DNA of 64,000 nucleotides from the human T2T-CHM13v2.0 reference genome, Homo sapiens: NCBI GenBank assembly GCA_009914755.4, contig CP086569.2, positions 16,320,001 to 16,384,000 of the forward strand, read 5' to 3'. Shown piece by piece: positions 1 to 18,662 of this stretch (position 1 is its first letter; each line of letters starts with the position of its first letter). The notes under the pieces were generated by a model. It saw only the letters and a program-made list of their open reading frames with translations, ran no database searches and was not told where the DNA came from. The position numbers and the translations under genes were made by a program.

Positions 1-1673
1 CCTTGGCAATAGTAAATTTGTAAAAGTAATTAAGAATCTTGAGATGCGGAAGTGATCCTAGATTAATTATCCAGGTAGACTCAATATAATCACAAGGTCC
101 TTATAAGAGGCGGCCAGTAGGGTGAGAGAGAAGAAGGTGGGAAGAGTGGTCAGAGCCTATGAATGGCAGCCACTTAGGAGATGGGAGTAAGGAAACAGCC
201 AATCCCCCAAAACTTCTGGAAAGGAATGCAGTCCTGCCAACACCTTGATTTTTAGCAACTTAGACAATTCTGGCCAGAATTGTAAGACAACAATAGATTT
301 GTATTGTTTTAAGCCACTATTTTTGACAACTGGTTACAGCACTAATAAGAAGCTAAAATAGCAAAAACTCTTTGGGAAGTTTCTTTAATAGTTATCTATA
401 ACTTTACCATACCATGCCCAGGAGGGAATCAGTCCAGTGCTGCATGTTTACCCAATAAAGAAAAGCGTATGTTTACACAAAGACTTACCAGATATTCATG
501 ACAATTTTATCTGTAATAGCTAAAAGTTGGAAAGAAGCCAAGACTGTCAATAAGTCAATGGACGTTCATCCTATGATGCAGCCACACAACAGAATAAAAG
601 ACATAAAAACTATTGGTACAAACAATGATATAAATGAGTTCCCAAATTGTGCTGAGAGAAGCCAGATTAAAAAAAAAAGAAGAAGACATACTGTATGGTT
701 CTATATAAAATTCTAGGAAATCTGTAATTGCAGAAGCAGAGCAATGGTTCCCTTGGCATGGGGGCAGAGAGAGGCAGGGATTGTAGAGGGCATGAGAAAC
801 TTCTGGGGGTTGTGGAAATATTTATCATCTGGGTGTGTGAATTGTGTCACGGGTAACTGCATGCCAAAACTGGATGCCAAAACTTTTCACATGGTACACT
901 TCAAACTTGCAGTTTATTGTACTCCAATTAAACCTCCATAAAGTTGTTTTAAAAAGAAAACCTTACTAGGTTGGGAAAAAAATGAACAGTTACATTACTA
1001 ATACAAATAGCCTTGAATGACAAAAAATACCCAGAGGCAATCACAACGCTAGTAAATGACCCCTGGAATCCAATGTGAGGAAGTCTTCCTGGGACTTCTC
1101 AACCTCCCTTCAGAAAACAACACTCTGCTGAGCCTTCTTAGGGAAGAGGGGACGCCCATGTTTTGGGACTCTTGTCCCCAGCGCCATCCTTTGTGGTGCA
1201 CATATAAGTAGACATGGTATGGTGCCATTCCTTCCATGGGGCTTCAGGGTGCTTTCCCTCCATGCCCAGTCACTGTTGGCTAACAGCAGGTCCCACTCCT
1301 TTAACTCTAATTATGGTGGAGGTAGGATTGAAGGGATAATTTAAGAGCAAGTTACCCTAGTTGACAGAGGGTGACAGCCTGTCCCAAACACAGAGAACAA
1401 GAAGGATCTCAGAGAGAAAAGACCCACAGGTAGGTGGCCAACAGGTATAGGCATATGGGGAGGGGCCTGTGGTCAGTGTGAGGGCTTTCTAACTAGCATG
1501 CAGTATGCCAGGGCACCTTGCAACCATAAGAAGGTTGAATCCCTAGCTTGGGAGAAAAAATAACTATTAATTTGAATTTATAAATTCACAAGAGCTGCCA
1601 GATCTTTTAAGTTAAGCTATCCACCAGAGTGAGTCTTAAATCCTGTAGGTAATGTTGTTAAAAAATAACTTAG

Positions 1674-1964
1674 CTTGGGGCTGTGGCTCATGACTACAAT
1701 CCAAGGCACTTGGGAAACTGTGGCAGGAGGATCATTTGAGACCAGTAGTTTGAGACTAGCCTGGACAATATAGAGATACCCTGTCTCTACAAAAAAAAAT
1801 TAAAAGTTAGCTGAGTGTAGTGGCATACACCTCTGGTCCCAGCTATTTCGGAGGCTGAGGTGAGATAATCACTTGAGCCCATGAGTCAGAGGTTACAGTC
1901 AGCCTAGGTTGTGCCACTGCACTGCACTCTAGCCTGTGCAACAGAGTAAGACTGTCTCCAAAAA
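1674..1964 (+). mobile_element. Alu SINE, full length, followed by A-tail
   Basis: Starts ggctgtggctcatgac..., then ctgcactctagcctg..caacagagtaagactgtctccaaaaa; dimeric Alu consensus structure. Confidence 0.9.
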
Positions 1965-2068
1965 CATATATATATATATATGTGTATATATGTATATATA
2001 TATATATATATATATGTGTATATATATATATATATGTGTGTATATATATATATGTGTATATATATATA

Positions 2069-2110
<42 letters not shown>
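1965..2110. repeat. (TA)n/(TATG)n compound microsatellite at the Alu tail
   Basis: ~145 bp of atatatatgtgtatatat...; the overlapping ORFs 1904-2182 are repeat artefacts. Confidence 0.95.
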
Positions 2111-2112
<2 letters not shown>

Positions 2113-3149
2113 GATATATGCATTTGCACAAAAACCGGATAATCATAATAAAGAGGAGAAAACCCAGGATGATACTAAATAATATTGCTATGTATATGCA
2201 TATTTCTCTCCCTTTTTTAAAAGCATATGTTTGGCAGTACGTGACATGTGCAAAAAGAACTTTTAAATTATTTTTTTCTGGTCACAGAGATGAACTGGCT
2301 CTCCCTTCCTGTGCACCTCCTTTCCTTCTCACTATTCCTACATGGATTTTTTTCAAAGCAGAATCTCAGACCATGCAGATGCTTATAAAAGAATGCTTTC
2401 CTGTTTCCTTTAAGAAGGCACAAATATGTGATCAAATAACAGATTGATTTGCTTTGTAACCACCCCTTGCCCCTGTTTTGAATCCAGATTCCCCCATCAA
2501 GAGTTACTCTGTTGAAGTTTTTCTCCAGGGCAAAGAGCTGTCCCAGGCGATTGCTGAGAGTTAGGGATGATTTATAAAGACTTTGCACACATAGCCTGCT
2601 CAGATTCAGATTCTCATCAATGAACTACATGAAACTTTCTCTGAGCAGACTTTCTCCCCAGGTCAAACTCACTTGAGATTATTACTAGAGTTACTTTAAG
2701 AGTTTGTATATATTTCCATTCTCAATCAACATACTTTCAATATTTGAATAAAGATTAATGAACAAAAAAAGTTCTAACGAAGTATTTACAACACAAATTG
2801 TTATGAAGTTTTACTTTATTTTTTGGTTCTGGAAAATATCAAGCCAGGATTGGAAAACTTAAAAATGAAACATTCTTTATCCAGGATTTTTGGGGGGCTC
2901 ATTATCCAATACCCTATTTAAAAACATATCTGGGGATCTTTCTAAAATATGCTAAGTTACTTTAAAGAGAGAAAAAGGACAAGGATGCTGTAATATTTAT
3001 TTTTTATACTTGAAAGCAATGGCTCACAATTCAGCTTTGGTTTTGTCCTTTGGGAAAAAATAAAGACAGTATAATTGTATGTTTTGTTTGTAAATCAAAT
3101 TTTGAACCAAGTGAAATTATAAGTGTTGATGGGAAAACAACATATAAAC

Positions 3150-4500
3150 ATGTAATATGTATGACAACAGCAACAGAAAGAGAATTGGAAATGGAACTAT
3201 ATAGGAGCAAAGATTTGTGAGGTACTTAAAATAAGTGGTTAAGAAGTTTATCATAATCCACAGAGCAATCACTAAGAAACAGAGTAAAATGAAGGACAGA
3301 ATAATTAAAATGACACACTAGAAAATATCTAAAGTTAAAAAAGGCAGTAATGAAGAAATAAGGTAACAAGAAAACTTAAGACAGAAAACAACAGCATGCC
3401 ACACCTAAATCCTGTCTTACCAATAATCACACTATATGTAAATAGATTAGAAATTCCAATTAGAGTTTGCACCACTGCACTCTAGCCTTGGCGACAGAGC
3501 AAGACTCCATCTCAAAAAAAAAAAAGAAAACAACAACAAAAAGAAACAAACAAACAAAAAACCCTCCAATTAAAAGGTAGAGATTGGAAAAATGGAAGTA
3601 CCAAAAAAAAGGGACATGATCTAACTATATGATATCCACAACAGAGATACAACTTAGAACAAATGGTGCAAAAGCTTGGAAGTAAAATGATGAAAAGATA
3701 TTCCATGCAAACAATAGCTCAAAGACAGCTGGAGAAGTAACATCAGACAATGCAGACTTAGGACAAACAATTTTACTAAAAAAAAAAAAAATACAACACA
3801 GTTTTAATAGAAACATTTTACAGTAATAAAAAGGTCACTCTATCAAGAAGATGCAACAATTATAAACATAAATGAACGTAACCACAGAGCCCCAAAATAT
3901 AAACAGTAAAAACTGTTATAACTGAAAGGGGACATAGCTGAGTGAACAACAGTAGCTGGCGACTTCAATGCTATACTTTTTGATAAATGGACAGAACAAC
4001 TAGACAGAAGATTAATAAAGAAATATAACACTTGATTTAATCCATTTACACACCGTAAACCAGTAAAACTTGACAGACATCTGTAGAAAATTGACCCAAT
4101 AATAAGAGAATATATATTATTTGTAAGTGCATGTGGAAAATTCTCCAGAACAGGCCATATGCTGGGTCATAAGTCAAGTCTCAATAAGCTTTCAAAGAAA
4201 TGAAATTATACCGGTATTTCCCCAATCAACAATGAAATGAAATTAGAAATCCGTAACAGAAGAAAACTTCAGAAATTCACAAATGATGTGGAAATTAAAC
4301 AATACACTCCTAAAAATTTATAGATCAAAAATGAAATAATGAGGGAAATTTAACAAGATACTTTGAGAAGAATGGAAATGAAATCACAATGTTCCAAATC
4401 TTATAGGATGCAGCAGACGCAATGCTTGGAGGGAAATTATGGCTACAAATGCCTCACTAAAAGAGCATGGTCAGAGCGGTGAAACAGTGCTAGCTTTGAA
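3150..4500 (+). mobile_element. Ancient L1 (L1M/L1PB-like) fragment covering ORF1 end and ORF2 endonuclease region, with a tiny nested Alu 3' fragment at 3466-3560
   Basis: Diverged matches to L1 ORF2 N-terminus (ttctccagaacaggccatatgctgggtcataagtcaagtctcaataagctttcaaagaaatgaaattatacc..., aattcacaaatgatgtggaaattaaacaatacactcctaaaaa). The Alu tail fragment (gcaccactgcactctagccttggcgacagagcaagactccatctcaaaaaaa) is flanked by ccaattaRaRg duplications. Boundaries approximate. Confidence 0.6.
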
Positions 4501-6619
4501 GATGAGTCAAGAAATGTAGTAGCCTCTAATAGCTGGAAAATGCAGGAAAAGATTCTCCACTAGAGCCTCCAGAAACAAACGCAGCCCTGCTACCACCTGG
4601 TTTTACCAAGAGGTTGGTAAAAACAGGCCTCAGTTTGTTGAAATTTGTTAGAGAAGCAATAGAAATCCAATGCATTAAGAAATTTTGGCTATTTTTTCCC
4701 TCTAATAGGGCTTCTGTACAATGACTTTCAAACATATATAAAAAACATAAAAATAAACTTTTAAACATTTCATTCACAACCTAAAGTCAATGAGAGGTAT
4801 AGGCAGAGTTTACAGAGCTATGTGTGACAATTCAGCTATAAATAGTTGATGTGAGTTGAGACTGGAGAAAGTTCTATGGCAATCCTCTAATTGAACAGCT
4901 CTGGGCAATTTGCTGCCCATCTTCCTGGAGAGGTTTGCCCAGAAACTTGGGAAAACATTGATCTAGATGGCTTGATCCCTTCCCACAATGAAAAATCTTA
5001 AATTCTTGGGACTATGAGTTTGTTAGGGCTGCCATAATAAAATACCACAGACTGGGTGGTTTAAATAAGAGAAATTGATTTTCTTGCAATTCTGGAGGCT
5101 GGAAGTCTAATATCAGAGTCATTCAGCAAGGTTGGTTTCTCCTAAGGCCTGTCTCCTTTGCTGGCAGACACTGCCCTCCCCTTGTGTCCTCACATGGTTG
5201 TCTGTTGTGTGTCTGTGTACTAACTGCCTCTTATAAGAATGGCAGTCTCATTGGATTAGGACTGCATTTAGCCCTTCAAAGACCTATCTCCAAATATAAT
5301 CACATTCTGAGGTCCTGGGGTTAGGTCTCCACCACATATATTTCAGGGGGACATGACTCAGCCTATGACACTGGCTTACTCATCTTTATCTACTCAGTTT
5401 TGTTTTGTTTTATTTTGTTTTAAATAAAAGGCAAGAGCAGTTTGTCAATGGAAGGTGTATCTTAACATGGTGAAGGGATGAAGAAAATCATAAGAAATAA
5501 GGATCAAAATCATTTTTTAAAGAATACATATCTGCATATGTATAAATTCATTTGTGTATCTCAGATTTTACTTATCTAATTCTACCTAGGGTTTCTCAAA
5601 AGAGCCAAAAAGCATAGGGTATGGTTCCTGCTATGCAGAGTGTACCTCTGGTACTCAAAGTAGCAAAGTGGGAGTTATATTGGCAAAAGGAGGCATAGCT
5701 TGCTAACCACAGGCACAGCTCAAGTTACCAAGCCTTCCACACGTGGGGACTCTGAAGGATGAGGAGTCAGAAATGCTCATTCACATTCTCAAAGAGCAAC
5801 TGCCTTTTATTCTACAAGTCCAATTACCAGGGAAGGACAGCTGGTAAGAGAACGCCTTTTCTTTGAACAGTTAGGGGCTCGGCACATACATAATTAAGGC
5901 TAGCTCAGTGTTCTAACTATGTCAGTAATATGGCCTTATGAGTTGTCACTGTCAGTCAGTTGGACAAACTACATGAAAGATATCCAGAATTCAATTAGAT
6001 ATTCTTTCAACAGCTGTACCTGGGACTGTACCTGACCTGAGATGTATAATGAAAGAAGTTAGTAAGAATGGAGGATTCTTGTCAAGTTCAAAGATTATTG
6101 GATTTATGTAAAAAAATGAAAAATCCAATCACCTGCATGGGAATGTAAAGTACCTGGGAGGGGAAGTGTTTTCCTTAATGTCTCCTAACAACCAAATCAT
6201 TTAGAGACATGTTTAAGAAAGGCAAGACCACTGAATACATTTTCTGTGTTACTTATTATTTTATTACTTGTACTCTTTAATTAAATTCAGCCTGTGAGAA
6301 AAATAATTCTATAAATAATCATTTAAATACATACCTGAATTATTAACACTTACAATTTAAGACAATAAGCATGATGTTGAAATATTAAGAAGTTTTGGTT
6401 CATCATTTTTATAAACTTCACTTATTGTGCTTAAGATGATGACTATTTAAAGGGGTTTCATTCATTAATTCAGACAACTGAACTACTCAACAAAGCCATA
6501 AAATATATTAGTTTTATAAGTGTGATTAAACAGTATAAAGGTGAAGTTTATGATAAATTTGTAAAGGGATTGAAACAATGTTATGACTTATGAACAGTGA
6601 CTGTTAACGTTTACTAGAT

Positions 6620-6910
6620 TTTTTGTTTTTGCAGACAGACTCACTCTGTCACCCAGGCTGGAGTGCAGTGGCATGATCTTGGGTTACTGCAACCTCTGCC
6701 TCCTGGGTTCAAGTGATCCTCATGCCTCAGCCTCCCAAGTAGCATGGATTACAGATGTGTACTACCAGATGCAGCTAATTTTTGTATTTTTAGTTGAGAT
6801 GGGATTTCACCATGTTGCCCAGGCTGTCTTGAACCCCTGGGCTCAGGTGATCCATCTGCCTCAGCCTCCAAAAGTGCTGCAATTACAGGAATGAGCCACC
6901 ACACCCAGCC
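6620..6910 (-). mobile_element. Alu SINE, minus orientation
   Basis: Starts with poly-T then gcagacagactcactctgtcacccaggctggagtgcagtggc, ends ...ggaatgagccaccacacccagcc; reverse-complement Alu. Confidence 0.9.
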
Positions 6911-9162
6911 AACATTTGCTAGATTTATCAGCGAAATAAACAGAAAAAGCTTAGGGAACAAAAAAGTTTTTGAATCTAACTTTAATAGCTTATAAATATT
7001 TAGAATTAAAGTGTAGTGGTGAACTCAGGACACAGGAAGTCCTACAGCAATATTAAGCAGCCACAGTACACCATGCCTGTGTGTGTAAGCTCATCAGAAA
7101 GTGGAGCATGAAAAAGGGCTAGGGACTCAATGGCACCAGCAGCAGAGTCTCTGCCCCGGAGAATTACACTCCTGGGATTCCAAGCTGGTACCCAAACACT
7201 TTCCCATAAGAAATAAGAGATGGTCAGGGACATTCTGAAATGAGAGAGCTCCTCAGGTGCGTAAGGGTTATGTGAATATGGGAGTGGGTATCTAACCTCT
7301 TGTTTTAATATTTCTATCTGGGGAAATGTGTTCTAACTATCAAAGTACTACAAAACAAATTTATCTTAGGTCTTGTGTTTATATTCTAATGTGGATACTA
7401 ATGCATGATTTTGTGAATAAAAATCAGGTACCCTGAGATTTGGTGAAACAATGGGGGCCCAAAATGCTCAACCCATAAATAAGCAGGAATTCATATTTTT
7501 AAATATGAGGTTATAAATCCCCTGCCCAAACCCCCACAATCTCTCTTTTCTATTAGTTACTGTGAGTAAAGTATAGTTGCACTTAAATGCCGCTGGACTG
7601 TGAGCCCCTGCAGGTGAAATTACAAGTTAAAACATAGTCCTCATGGGTGAAGAAAGGTCAGAGCGTACCCTTAGCCTTTGGGCAACCATTGCTTTGAACA
7701 TAATTAGAGAATGCAAGTATACAGGAAAGTGGTGCCAGCATATAGTTAGTTATATCATGGCATTTCATTAACAACATTTGATAACATTTAAAGATCACAG
7801 GGCACATACAAAATGATATGCCTTCTTCCTTTCCATTTTATATCCCCATCCTGGCTGCAGTATGTAGAAAATGAGGGGTGGAAAGAAGGCGATCTAATAT
7901 ATTGGCTCCATCTAGTCCCTGCTCTGTCACGTAACATGTATACATTCATTCAAGGAGATAAAAATTGCCCGAAGTCTCTCTGTCAATACACATGCCATGT
8001 TGGGCTGGTGTTCTGAATGTTGAGACTCCAGCAGTCAACAGAACAGGCCTAGAGCCTGGCATCCATGGAGGACACGTTGTAGGACCCAACATTGCTCAGC
8101 ATTTTGCTGCCATCCCCAAGAGAGTGATGCACAGCTCTTCTCAGGCTCTGAGTTGCGATCATTCTCAGACCTGAGGGGATATTACCTGAAGGCGAGAAGA
8201 ATGGGATGCAAAAACAGTGACCAGTGACCATGACCTAAGGAAGTGCCATTTACTAATTTAGTATTTTATTGTATAATTCCATGAACTTTTATCTTATAAT
8301 ACAATTTTATTCCTTATTCAAAAACACTGACCTTTTAAAGATCTCACATCTGGGCCACAGAACTTCTGTGAAGGCAAAGGAAGGAGCCTCTTAACCCTTC
8401 TTATTACCAGACATGTCATACTCAGGCAGTACACAGCATACAAGGCGCCGTCCAACTCTGAAAAAAAAAAAAAAAAAAAAAGACTGGGAAAGGAAGATGA
8501 TTGTGTGTAAAATATGTGACACGGAGCACCACCACACAAATGGTTAGTTTCCATGTTTATCACCGGCATGGTGAATGGAGTTCAAAATGTATTCCAAAGC
8601 ACTTTCTTTTTACTTCCTTCTATGGAAAATCAACTGTACTTGAAAATCATGGTGCATCCCATGGCTAAATAACTCCAAACCCAGGAGGTGGGACTGGGCC
8701 CTCTACTTCTCCTTGACATTTGTAACCCAGCTGGGACAAGAAAAGGACAAGGGAGTGGAATAAAAGGACTTCAAAGTTGCAAATTCTGCATCCTTACAGT
8801 CAACAGAGATTAAGCTGGAAGTGGCAGGCTTTCGCTCAGGATTGGGGTGGGGATTCAGGTTTTGATGTAGGGTTGGGGGAGGATTTGGAGGCTGACTGAA
8901 GACTAACTAGGGATCCAGAGCTACTCCCTCTGTATCAGAGTTGCATATTCTCTTCCAGGCTACCCTGTGAATTTCTTTCTAACTCCACGTGTTTTTTTTG
9001 TTTGTTTGTTTGTTTTTTTTTTTAAAAAAACAAAAACATGATAGGCATACAGTTAAATTTACATTTCTAGACCCTTCCTAGACCAACTATCCAACTCTGT
9101 GTACATATGTATTCTCATTGAGGAAGGGGACTTAGAAATAATAAGTTTAAATTGGCTTCTAG

Positions 9163-9976
<814 letters not shown>

Positions 9977-12588
9977 TTTCTGGGAGCTCATCCAGGATTG
10001 GAGATTTACTGTCTCCTTTGCCTGTGGGACTAGAGCCCCAGGGCCAGGGGAAACCCAGCATCCAAGGCATGCCATGAGGGAGCTTCACCCAGATGGAAAC
10101 CAGCTCTCCCCTGATCCCAGTGCCCTGGCCACTAGTGTAATGGAACCAGGGATGGAGCTGCAGGATGATACCAGCACTTCATAAACCATGGTAAGGAGTA
10201 AGAGCCCAAGGCAGCAAAGCCCATCCCATAGGGACAAAGGGGAGCCTGATCACCTGTTGGGGACTGACAATTAATCAAAGCTAGAGCATCTGGGGACAGC
10301 AGGAATGGCCTGCCAACTTGGATGAACCTCATGTCCCCACTAACAAAATGAAAGTGGTTCATTGGAACTGAAAAAAAGGAGAAAATGGGCCGATAGAGTG
10401 GCAAGTGCAGCAAGGCAGAGCTTGCTGTCAGGGTGGCAAGAGTAGCTTGCTACTCCAACTGGGAGTGTGTGGGTGCATGTGAACCTGCCCAGGACACAAA
10501 AGAGGCTCATTTAGTCTGATGAGGAGTCCTGCGGTAGGAGTGGTGTGTGTATTTGTGTGAATGTGGGAGTCTAACTGCAGTCAACCAGGACAGAAGAGAC
10601 TTGTTTCACCCAGTGAGGAGTCCTGGGGCAGGGGAGGTGTGTGAAAGTATGTTAAAGAGATGGTCTCAGGAGAGGCCAACATTGGCAATGATGTGGGGAG
10701 GCACAAGTCCTTTAGCACAGGCTGTGTGCTCTGAGGTGAGTGTGGGAAAATCAGACCTAGGACATTGCATACAGGTGATAGGACCAGATCTGCAGCCACA
10801 GCAGGCTCTAACAGGAGAATGCATGTTCCTGGCTAAGCAGCATCTGAAACTCCCATAATAGGACCCGGTCTGATGGACCAGAGAGTAAAAGTGACAGTGA
10901 AAGTGCGATGCAAGAGAGAAAATGGGAGAGCAAGTGTCAAAACCAACTCCTTTGGAGTGCATGATAAAGAATTTTGAAAAAGCGTTTAGAGATAATTATA
11001 GGATAAGACTGGATGTTCCAAAGTTAAGGATATACTGTGAATTAGACTAGCCTTCTTTCAATGTCAGATGGCTGGCTGAAGGCACTACAGAGAAATTGGT
11101 CGTGTTTTAAGGTGGTGACTAGGGTTGGAGGATAGCCAGGGCATTCAGACCTAGTCTTCATATAGACTCATGGCTAAATGAATGCAGCATTGCCTAGCAG
11201 CTTATTGTAGAATGCTCGCAGCTCACGTTGAGAGAAATCAGCTGCACTGGCAACTACAGAGTTAAAGGGAAAGTCACAGAGGCTTGTAGCACGCAGAGCC
11301 AAAAGTGAAAGTAAAAATCAGCTGCCCTGGAAGCTACGGAGACAAAAGAAAAGTCTCAAGAAAGAGAAAACCGGCTTTGCAAGAACTATAGGAGGGAACA
11401 GAGACCCCTCCTCCCTACATTCCAATCTACCCCCCTTTACCAAGGCTAACTGCCCCTAAGGAGCTAAATTCAAACAGATACATGCTCCTAGTCTCACTTG
11501 AGAAGGAGAAATCAGAGCTCGGGAAGTTGTGAAAGTTTCAAAAAGTCAGGCCATCTCAGTTCTGACCATGCCAATGTTATGCTCATGTCTCTTAAGAGGA
11601 CAAGGGGACCCCCACTAGGACCCAGATGATGCAGTCCAGCTTCAACACCTACAAAGTGCCAAGAAGTACTTCTGCAAAGGCTAAATGATGGTAAAAGAAA
11701 AGGCAACCAATATAAAAAGCTCAGAGGTGCTCCAACATGGAGATAAAAGCATCAGCCAGTGTTATAAAAGATTTTTAACAGCTGGAACTAAGAAATAAAG
11801 TACAAGGAAGAAATTCTACAGCTCTTAAATGCCGTATGGGACCCAAAAGAGGTGGCAGTGATGCACTGAAAGGGGCACCAAAAAGCAAGAACACTAAAGG
11901 CCAAAGAAAATAGAAAGGCAGACAGGGCAAAGAAAGCTTCAATGACAACTCCACGTTCTAAAGAGAAAGACTTAGCTATGCCTCTCCTCCTGGAGATTCC
12001 CCTCCCAGAGATCCCAAGCTACACTCTAGATGAAAAGTTTTGGTTTGGTCAGGAAACAGGGAAATATATTAAAAGTGAACGGTGGCTGTTCTCTGATGGG
12101 AGGCTAGCTGCCCCAGAGACAATAGCCCCAGATTTGTAAAATAGTTCCACCAAAGAACACACATTAGAAGCATGATCCTAGAGACTTTGATAGGTTGACA
12201 TTTCTATGTGTCACAGCTCTCTGCCATCATGCGTGCTGTCTGCAAACAACGTCTATCCTGTGCCTGAAATAATCCAAAACAAGGACCTACTTGGCCCCAG
12301 GAGTTCAGGAAACAGAAGCCAGGCCCTGTGAAAAACTGCTGATGGATTTCACAGAATTGCCCTGAAAGGGGGCTATCAGTACCTGTTGGTGTTCATTTGC
12401 ACCTTTTCAGGATAAGTCGAGGCTTTCCTCACCTGGACAGTGAAGGCACTAGAAGTGACCAAGTTGTTGTTAAGAGACATTATTCCCAGATTTGGACTGC
12501 CTCTAACTATAAGATCAGAAAATGGACCAACATTTGTGGCTGAAATAGTTCAGAACTCAACTATTAAAAATAAAGTGGGAGAAGATGG
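9977..12588 (+). pseudogene. Degenerate, heavily deleted ERV leader/gag/pro/pol remnant ending in the integrase N-terminus and catalytic core
   Basis: Translation of 12330-12580 gives DFTELP.KGGYQYLLVFICTFSGWVEAFPTWTVKALEVTKLLLRDIIPRFGLPLTIRSENGPTFVAEIVQNSTIKNKV (MLV-type IN core: DFTEI..[39 protein letters not shown]). 11942-12139 resembles the IN N-terminus. Only ~2.3 kb lies between the LTR and IN, so gag/pro/RT are mostly deleted; internal tandem duplications at 10500-10660 and 11230-11350. Confidence 0.7.
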
Positions 12589-13470
12589 CCGAATAGGAAG
12601 AACTCCAGTCTACAGCTCCCAGCATGAGCCATGCAGAAGACGGGTGATTTCTGCATTTCCATCTGAGGTAACGGGTTCATCCATTAGGGAGTGCCAGACA
12701 GTGGGTGCAGGTCAGTGGTGTGCCCACCCTGCGTGAGCCAAAGCATGGCGAGGCATTGCCACACTCCAGAAGTGCAAGGGGTGAGGGAGTTCCCTTTCCT
12801 AGTCAAAGAAAGGCATGACACATGGCACCTGGAAAATCGGATCACTTCCCAATGGAATATGACCCTTTTCTGATGGGCTTAAGAAAAGGTGCACCAGGAG
12901 ATTATATCCTGCACCTGGCTCAGAGGGTCCTATGCCTACGAAGTCTTGCTGATTGGTAGCACAGCAGTCTGAGATCAAACTGCAAGGTGGCAGCGAGGCT
13001 AGGGGAGGGGTGGCTGCCATTGTCCAGGCTTGCTTAGGTAAACAAAGCAGCCAGGAAGCTCCAACTGGGTGGAGCCCACCACAGCTCAAGGAAGCCTGAG
13101 TGCCTCTGTAGGCTCCACCTCTGGGGGCAGGGCACAGACAAACAAAAAGACAGCAGTAACCTCTGCAGACTTAAATGTCCCTGTCTGACAGCTTTGAAAA
13201 GAGCAGCGGATCTCCAAGCACACAGCTGGAGATCTGAGAAAGGGCAGACTGCCTCCTCAAGTGGGTCCCTGACACCTGACCCTGAGCAGCCTAACTGGGA
13301 GGCACGCCCAGCAGGGGCAGACTGACATCTCACACGGCTGGGTACTCCAACACATCTGCAGCTGAGGGTCCTGTCTGTTAGAAGAAAAACTAACAAACAG
13401 AAAGGACATCCACCCCAAAAACCCATCTCTACATCATCATCAAAGACCAAAAGTAGATAAAACCACAAAG

Positions 13471-14498
13471 ATGGGGAAAAACAGAACAGAAAAACTGGAA
13501 ACTCTAAAAAGCAGAGCTCCTCTCCTCCTCCAAAGGAATGCAGTTCCTCACCAGCAATGGAACAAAGCTGGACAGAGAATGACTTTAATGAGCTGGGAGA
13601 AGAAGGCTTCAGATGATCAAATTACTCCAAGCTACGAGAGAAAATTCAAGCCAAAGGCAAAGAAGTTGAAAACTTTGAAAAAAATTTATAAGAATGTATA
13701 ACTAGAACAACCAATACAGAGAAGTGCTTAAAGGAGCTGATGGAGATGAAAACCAAGGCTCGAGAACTACGTGAAGAATGAAGAAGCCCCAGGAGCCGAT
13801 GCAATCAACTGGAAGAAAGAGTATCAGTGATGGAAGATCAAATGAATGAAATGAAGCAAGAAGGGAAGTTTAGAGAAAAAAGAATAAAAAGAAATGAGCA
13901 AAGCTTCCAAGAAATATGGGACTATGTGAAAAGACTAATTCTACGTCTGATTGGTGTATCTGAAAGAGATGAGGAGAATGGAACCACGTTGGAAAACACT
14001 CTGCAGTCTATTATCCAGAACTTCCACAATCTAGCAAGTCAGGCCAACATTAAGATTCAGGAAATACAGAGAATGCCACAAAGATACTCCTCGAGAACAG
14101 CAACTCCAAGACACGGAATTGTCAGATTCACCAAAGTTGAAATGAAGGAAAAAATGTTAAGGGCAGCCAGAGAGAAAGGTCGGGTTACCCAAAAAGGGAA
14201 GCCCATCAGACTAACATCAGATATCTTGGCAGAAAGTCTACAAGCCAGAAGAGAGTGGGGGCCAATATTCAACATTCTTAAAGAAAAGAATTTTCAACCC
14301 AGAATTTCATATCCAGCCAAACTAAGCTTCATAAGTGAAGGAGAAATAAAATACTTTACAGACAAGCAAATGTTGAGAGATTTTGTCACCACCAGGCCTG
14401 CCCTAAAAGAGCTCCTGAAGGAAGCACTACACATGGAAAGGAACAACTGGTACAGCCGCTGCAAAATCATGCCAAAATTTAAAGACCATCGAGACTAG
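13471..14498 (+). pseudogene. L1 ORF1 (RNA-binding protein), frameshifted
   Basis: MGKNRTEKLETLKSRAPLLLQRNAVPHQQWNKAGQRMTLMSWEKKASDD... then +1 shift, continuing ...FREKRIKRNEQSFQEIWDYVKRLILRLIGVSERDEENGT...RFTKVEMKEKMLRAAREKGRVTQKGKPIRLTSDILAESLQARREWGPIFNILKEKNFQPRISYPAKLSFISEGEIKYFTDKQMLRDFVTTRPALKELLKEALHMERNNWY. Confidence 0.9.
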
Positions 14499-14545
14499 GA
14501 AGAAACTGCATCAACTAACGAGCAAAATAACCAGCTAACATCATA

Positions 14546-18370
<3,825 letters not shown>

Positions 18371-18662
18371 CAATGAGAACACATGGACACAGGAAGGGGA
18401 ACATCACACTCTGGGGACTGTTGTGGGAGTTGGGGGAGGGGGGAGGGATAGCATTGGGAGATATAACTAATGCTAGATGACGAGTTAGTGGGTGCAGCGC
18501 ACCAGCATGGCACATGTATACATATGTAACTAACCGGCATATTGTGCACATGTACCCTAAAACTTAAAGTATAATAATAATAAATAAATAATAAAATTAA
18601 AAAAAAAATAAAAAAAGATAAAAAATAAAAAATAAAAAATTTAAAAAAAAAAATAAAGTGGT

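Noticed and set aside
1904-2182. Four overlapping ORFs encoding IYIYIY... / CVYIYI... peptides
   Set aside because: Pure translation of the (TA)n/(TG)n microsatellite; not coding.
8280-8482. Possible retroposed unit ending in a 21-nt poly(A) at 8461-8482
   Set aside because: The upstream sequence is not recognisable as an Alu, SVA or processed gene, and I found no TSD. It could simply be an A-run.
9977-9995. Assigning the provirus PBS (tttc tgggagctcatccagga) to a specific tRNA, and hence a HERV letter name
   Set aside because: I cannot match this 18-mer to a tRNA 3' end from memory. The family call rests on env/IN protein similarity instead.
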